Below, piece by piece: positions 36,679-39,513 of a stretch of 39,513 nucleotides of DNA (its first letter is position 1; the number at the start of each line of letters is the position of its first letter). The DNA is from Candidatus Nezhaarchaeota archaeon WYZ-LMO8 (GTDB lineage Archaea; Thermoproteota; Methanomethylicia; Nezhaarchaeales; WYZ-LMO8). The stretch covers positions 1-39,513 of the forward strand of contig QNVF01000007.1 in the NCBI GenBank assembly GCA_004347965.1. The letters run 5' to 3'. The notes below the pieces were generated by a model, which saw only the letters and a list, made by a program, of their open reading frames with translations, searched no databases and was not told the origin of the DNA. The translations under genes were made by a program, and so were the position numbers.

Positions 36679-36684
36679 TGATGC

Positions 36685-37581
36685 ATGGCGATATTAGTGA
36701 ACGAGAAAACAAGGGTTCTTGTGCAAGGTATTACTGGTAGAACCGGGGCCTTCGGTACGAGAGCTATGCTGGAGTACGGTACAAAAGTCGTTGCGGGGGT
36801 CACTCCTGGTCGAAGAGGAGAGAATGTGTGGGGCGTTCCAGTGTTCAATACCGTCAAGGAAGCCATAGATGAGGTGGGCCCCATAGATCTTAGCGTGACG
36901 TTCGTACCTGCTCCTCAAGTGAAGGATGCCGTAATTGAGGCTCTAGAAGCAGGGATCAAAACTATAGTCGTACCTGCAGAGAGGGTTCCCTTACACGACA
37001 TCCTCGCGATGGTGGGCCGAGCAAAAGCTTTGAATGCCAGGATTATTGGTCCAGGTTCTCTAGGTCTCATAAGCCCTGGCAAGGCATCGGTTGGATGGAT
37101 AGGTGGTGCTAGAGAGCTTATTGAGGATTCTTTTAGGCCAGGTGACATAGGAGTCATCTCTAGAAGTGGTGGAGGAGTGACGACCATTTGTTGGCTACTA
37201 TCTCAAGCTGGGCTGGGTATAAGCACGGCTGTCCATGTGGGCACAGAACCTGTAGTAGGTACGACAGGTGCTGAGCTCTTACGTGAGTTTCAAAAGGATG
37301 ATGAAACGCATGCGGTAGTAGTTTTTGGCGAAGTTGGCGGCCTAATGGAGCTCGAGATGGCAGAGATCATGAGGAAGGGGGAGTATGAAAAACCAATAGT
37401 CTTCTACATAGCAGGAAGGATGTTGCCGTCGGGAATGCGTTTCTCTCACGCTAGCGCCATTATAGAGAGAAGATCGGATACGGCTGAGTACAAAGAGAAG
37501 CTCTTAGAGGAAGCAGGTGGCTTCATTGCGAAGAGGCCCATGGAGATAGCTGAAATCGTCAAGAAGATATTAAGGAGGTAG
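36685..37581 (+). CDS. ADP-forming acyl-CoA ligase alpha subunit (SucD-like)
   Basis: VLVQGITG, YGTKVVAGVTPG, ISRSGG, GEVGG, phospho-histidine region RFSHASAII. Confidence 0.92.
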   Translation: MAILVNEKTRVLVQGITGRTGAFGTRAMLEYGTKVVAGVTPGRRGENVWGVPVFNTVKEAIDEVGPIDLSVTFVPAPQVKDAVIEALEAGIKTIVVPAERVPLHDILAMVGRAKALNARIIGPGSLGLISPGKASVGWIGGARELIEDSFRPGDIGVISRSGGGVTTICWLLSQAGLGISTAVHVGTEPVVGTTGAELLREFQKDDETHAVVVFGEVGGLMELEMAEIMRKGEYEKPIVFYIAGRMLPSGMRFSHASAIIERRSDTAEYKEKLLEEAGGFIAKRPMEIAEIVKKILRR

Positions 37582-38483
37582 TGAATATGAGACCCATATT
37601 GCTTAGGTCCTTGCTATTCGTCCCTGGGAACAATTGGAGGTTGATAGAGAGCGCGAAGAAGATCGTTGAAGCTGATGCAATAATCTTGGATATGGAGGAT
37701 GCCGTCCCTATAGACGATAAGGAGACCGCTCGATGGTTCGTTCGTGATGCTGTTAGAGAATTGAAAGATGCAGGGCACTTTGTCGTGGTTAGGGTCAATA
37801 GTATTTCATCGAATCTAATGGAAGAGGACCTCAAACACGTAGTGCAGGAGGGTGTTGATGCCATAATGTTGCCAAAAGCTGAATCTAGAGAAGATGTAGT
37901 AAAGCTGGAGGAGCTGCTTGCAAAGGAAGAGGGGCTCAAAGGCTTAGCTTCAATAAGCGTAATACCACTAATCGAGAGCGCTCGTGGAGTTCTAAATGCT
38001 TGTGAGATAGCGTTAGCAAGTAAAAGGATTATAGCTTTGGCATTCGGAGCTGCAGATTATCTTAGAGACCTTGGCCGCAGCTACTTTACGCTATCACCTG
38101 AAGAGTACGAACTGCTGTTTCCCCGCTCTCAGCTAGTGTTGGCATCGAGAAATGCTGGCATAGCCGCCATAGATACACCATATCTAGGCTTAATAATAGA
38201 TCTTGAAGGAGTTGCTAGAGAATCAAAATTAGCCTTAAGCTTAGGTTTCAGAGGTAAGATGTGCATCCATCCATCACACGTAAGGATAATAAATGAAGTT
38301 TTCACGCCATCAGAAAAAGAAGTTGAGTCAGCTAAGAAGATCGTTGACGCATACGAGAAAGCTGCGGAGCAAGGTTTGGGCGCAACATCTGTGGAAGGTA
38401 GAATGATCGACAAAGCAACGTACGATCAGGCAAAAGAGCTATTGACTTTAATCGAAATGCTAAGGAGGAAGAGAAGAACTTAG
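37581..38483 (+). CDS. citE: CitE/HpcH-family acyl-CoA lyase (citryl-/malyl-/citramalyl-CoA lyase-like)
   Basis: RSLLFVPGN, ILDMEDAV, VVRVN, MLPKAE, LIESARG, FGAADY, AIDTP, GKMCIHP, GRMID. Confidence 0.88.
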   Translation: MNMRPILLRSLLFVPGNNWRLIESAKKIVEADAIILDMEDAVPIDDKETARWFVRDAVRELKDAGHFVVVRVNSISSNLMEEDLKHVVQEGVDAIMLPKAESREDVVKLEELLAKEEGLKGLASISVIPLIESARGVLNACEIALASKRIIALAFGAADYLRDLGRSYFTLSPEEYELLFPRSQLVLASRNAGIAAIDTPYLGLIIDLEGVARESKLALSLGFRGKMCIHPSHVRIINEVFTPSEKEVESAKKIVDAYEKAAEQGLGATSVEGRMIDKATYDQAKELLTLIEMLRRKRRT

Positions 38484-38670
38484 CTCTTTCCATTATATTA
38501 TTGGATTTACTTAGTCAGAAACTCTTCCCAACAATTTGTCATATCATCTAGCATGAGCTTTTACTATGCACTTGATTAGGTCGCCGTATCGTATATTAAG
38601 GGGAGATCCACGTTGAGAGTTCGAGAATGTATGAGAATACGTTGTAAGATCTCGCTAAGAGTTCTAAGAG

Positions 38671-39513
38671 CTACAGGAGATTAGCTCCTGATAGTAGAGC
38701 TAAGAATATTGATGCGGCAGTTAGGTCGGCGGTTGTACCTGGATTGTAGGCGGGTCCCTTAGCTTCAAGCTCCTCATCTAAATCTTTGATGACCTTCCTT
38801 CCTTCAATTGTTGTAAGTCCTCCAGCTTCAAGGGCTTCCCTAGCTCTCTCCGATATCCTTCTAGCTTCCTGCATCCCTAGCTCAACGGCCTTATCTATCG
38901 AGGCGTTAGGTGCCTTAGCCAGCCCAACATTCCTAGCTATGAACGTATCAGGTTTGTGAGATAGTATGCTTAAGAAGCAGTGAACTATAGCGATGTTTAA
39001 GTCCTTGGTCTTCTCGTAAGTCTTAATCAATGATGGAAGACCTACTTTCAAGCTGGTCCTCAATCCACTTACCAGCTCTCCAGCAACTCCATCCCACCTC
39101 GATGAGGATTCCAAAATCTCGTAGAGGGTCATGTCGATTCTCTGCTTCTCTTTCAAGGCATCTGGCAGCCCTTTAGGAGGTCTACCTAATCCACTGGGCT
39201 TTGCAAGCTTAATACCTCTCATCAATGCAACTGCGTCCGCCAAAGTTGTGGTCTTTAGGACCTCAAGTGTTGCTACGCCTAAGTCGCTTATGTCTCTACT
39301 ACCTGCAATCCACATAGGTATTGAGGATGCTATTGGGATAAATAACATGATTACTCCAAGATGAGTATTGCCAGCACTATGAACCTTTAACTGATGCTTT
39401 ACGGCTTTCTCTATTAGCTTTCCGATATTAATCGAGCTCAAGTCTCCTTGGAGCCACGCCCTATACCCCCTCATGAAGGCTTCTTTGACGATTGGTCCTA
39501 TGGCAACGGAGCC
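38671..39513 (-). CDS. citG: Triphosphoribosyl-dephospho-CoA synthase (CitG/MdcB family), 5' end outside the window
   Basis: GNTHLG, PDTFIAR, NPGTTADL. The frame stays open from 39474 to the window edge (GSVAIGPIVKEAFMRG). Confidence 0.88.
   Translation of the reverse strand, partial: GSVAIGPIVKEAFMRGYRAWLQGDLSSINIGKLIEKAVKHQLKVHSAGNTHLGVIMLFIPIASSIPMWIAGSRDISDLGVATLEVLKTTTLADAVALMRGIKLAKPSGLGRPPKGLPDALKEKQRIDMTLYEILESSSRWDGVAGELVSGLRTSLKVGLPSLIKTYEKTKDLNIAIVHCFLSILSHKPDTFIARNVGLAKAPNASIDKAVELGMQEARRISERAREALEAGGLTTIEGRKVIKDLDEELEAKGPAYNPGTTADLTAASIFLALLSGANLL

Noticed and set aside
35050..37581. Annotating the ligase as TCA-cycle sucCD
   Set aside because: Motifs diverge toward ACL/CCS, there is an extra Fe-S-like domain, and the transporter/lyase context suggests another substrate.
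1..39513. CRISPR array, rRNA, full tRNA, transposase or integrase
   Set aside because: No regularly spaced repeats, cloverleaf, rRNA-like tract or recombinase/transposase motifs were seen by eye.

Overview
Gene-dense archaeal chromosomal window. An Alba gene, a RadA-type protein, cofE, a stomatin/NfeD pair, GGAGG/GGTGA ribosome-binding sites and TATA-like promoters point to a probably thermophilic Thermoproteota-like host; this taxonomy is an inference. About 40 CDSs are supported, mostly housekeeping, metabolic, cofactor and base-excision-repair genes. I found no CRISPR array, rRNA, tRNA or mobile element. The most striking region is a translationally coupled operon at 16115-20806, divergent from a family-4 uracil-DNA glycosylase. 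It encodes a membrane-anchored protein, a Walker-degenerate HerA/VirB4(CedB)-like protein with a C-terminal winged helix, a small possible ssDNA-binding protein, a full-length but non-canonical RadA paralog, a stand-alone SWIM zinc finger, a minimal degenerate RecA-fold protein and cofE. This resembles an archaeal Shu-complex-like recombination mediator joined to a DNA-transfer-like membrane module (inference). Second is a TRAP(TAXI) transporter plus ATP-citrate-lyase/citryl-CoA-synthetase-like ligase (with a fused ferredoxin-like domain) plus CitE operon facing citG. Also notable are an in-frame TGA that cuts a Cys-rich Rossmann protein, several C/D-box sRNA candidates and a perfect palindrome in the stomatin/NfeD promoter. 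All family calls are by motif recognition only; no database searches were run.
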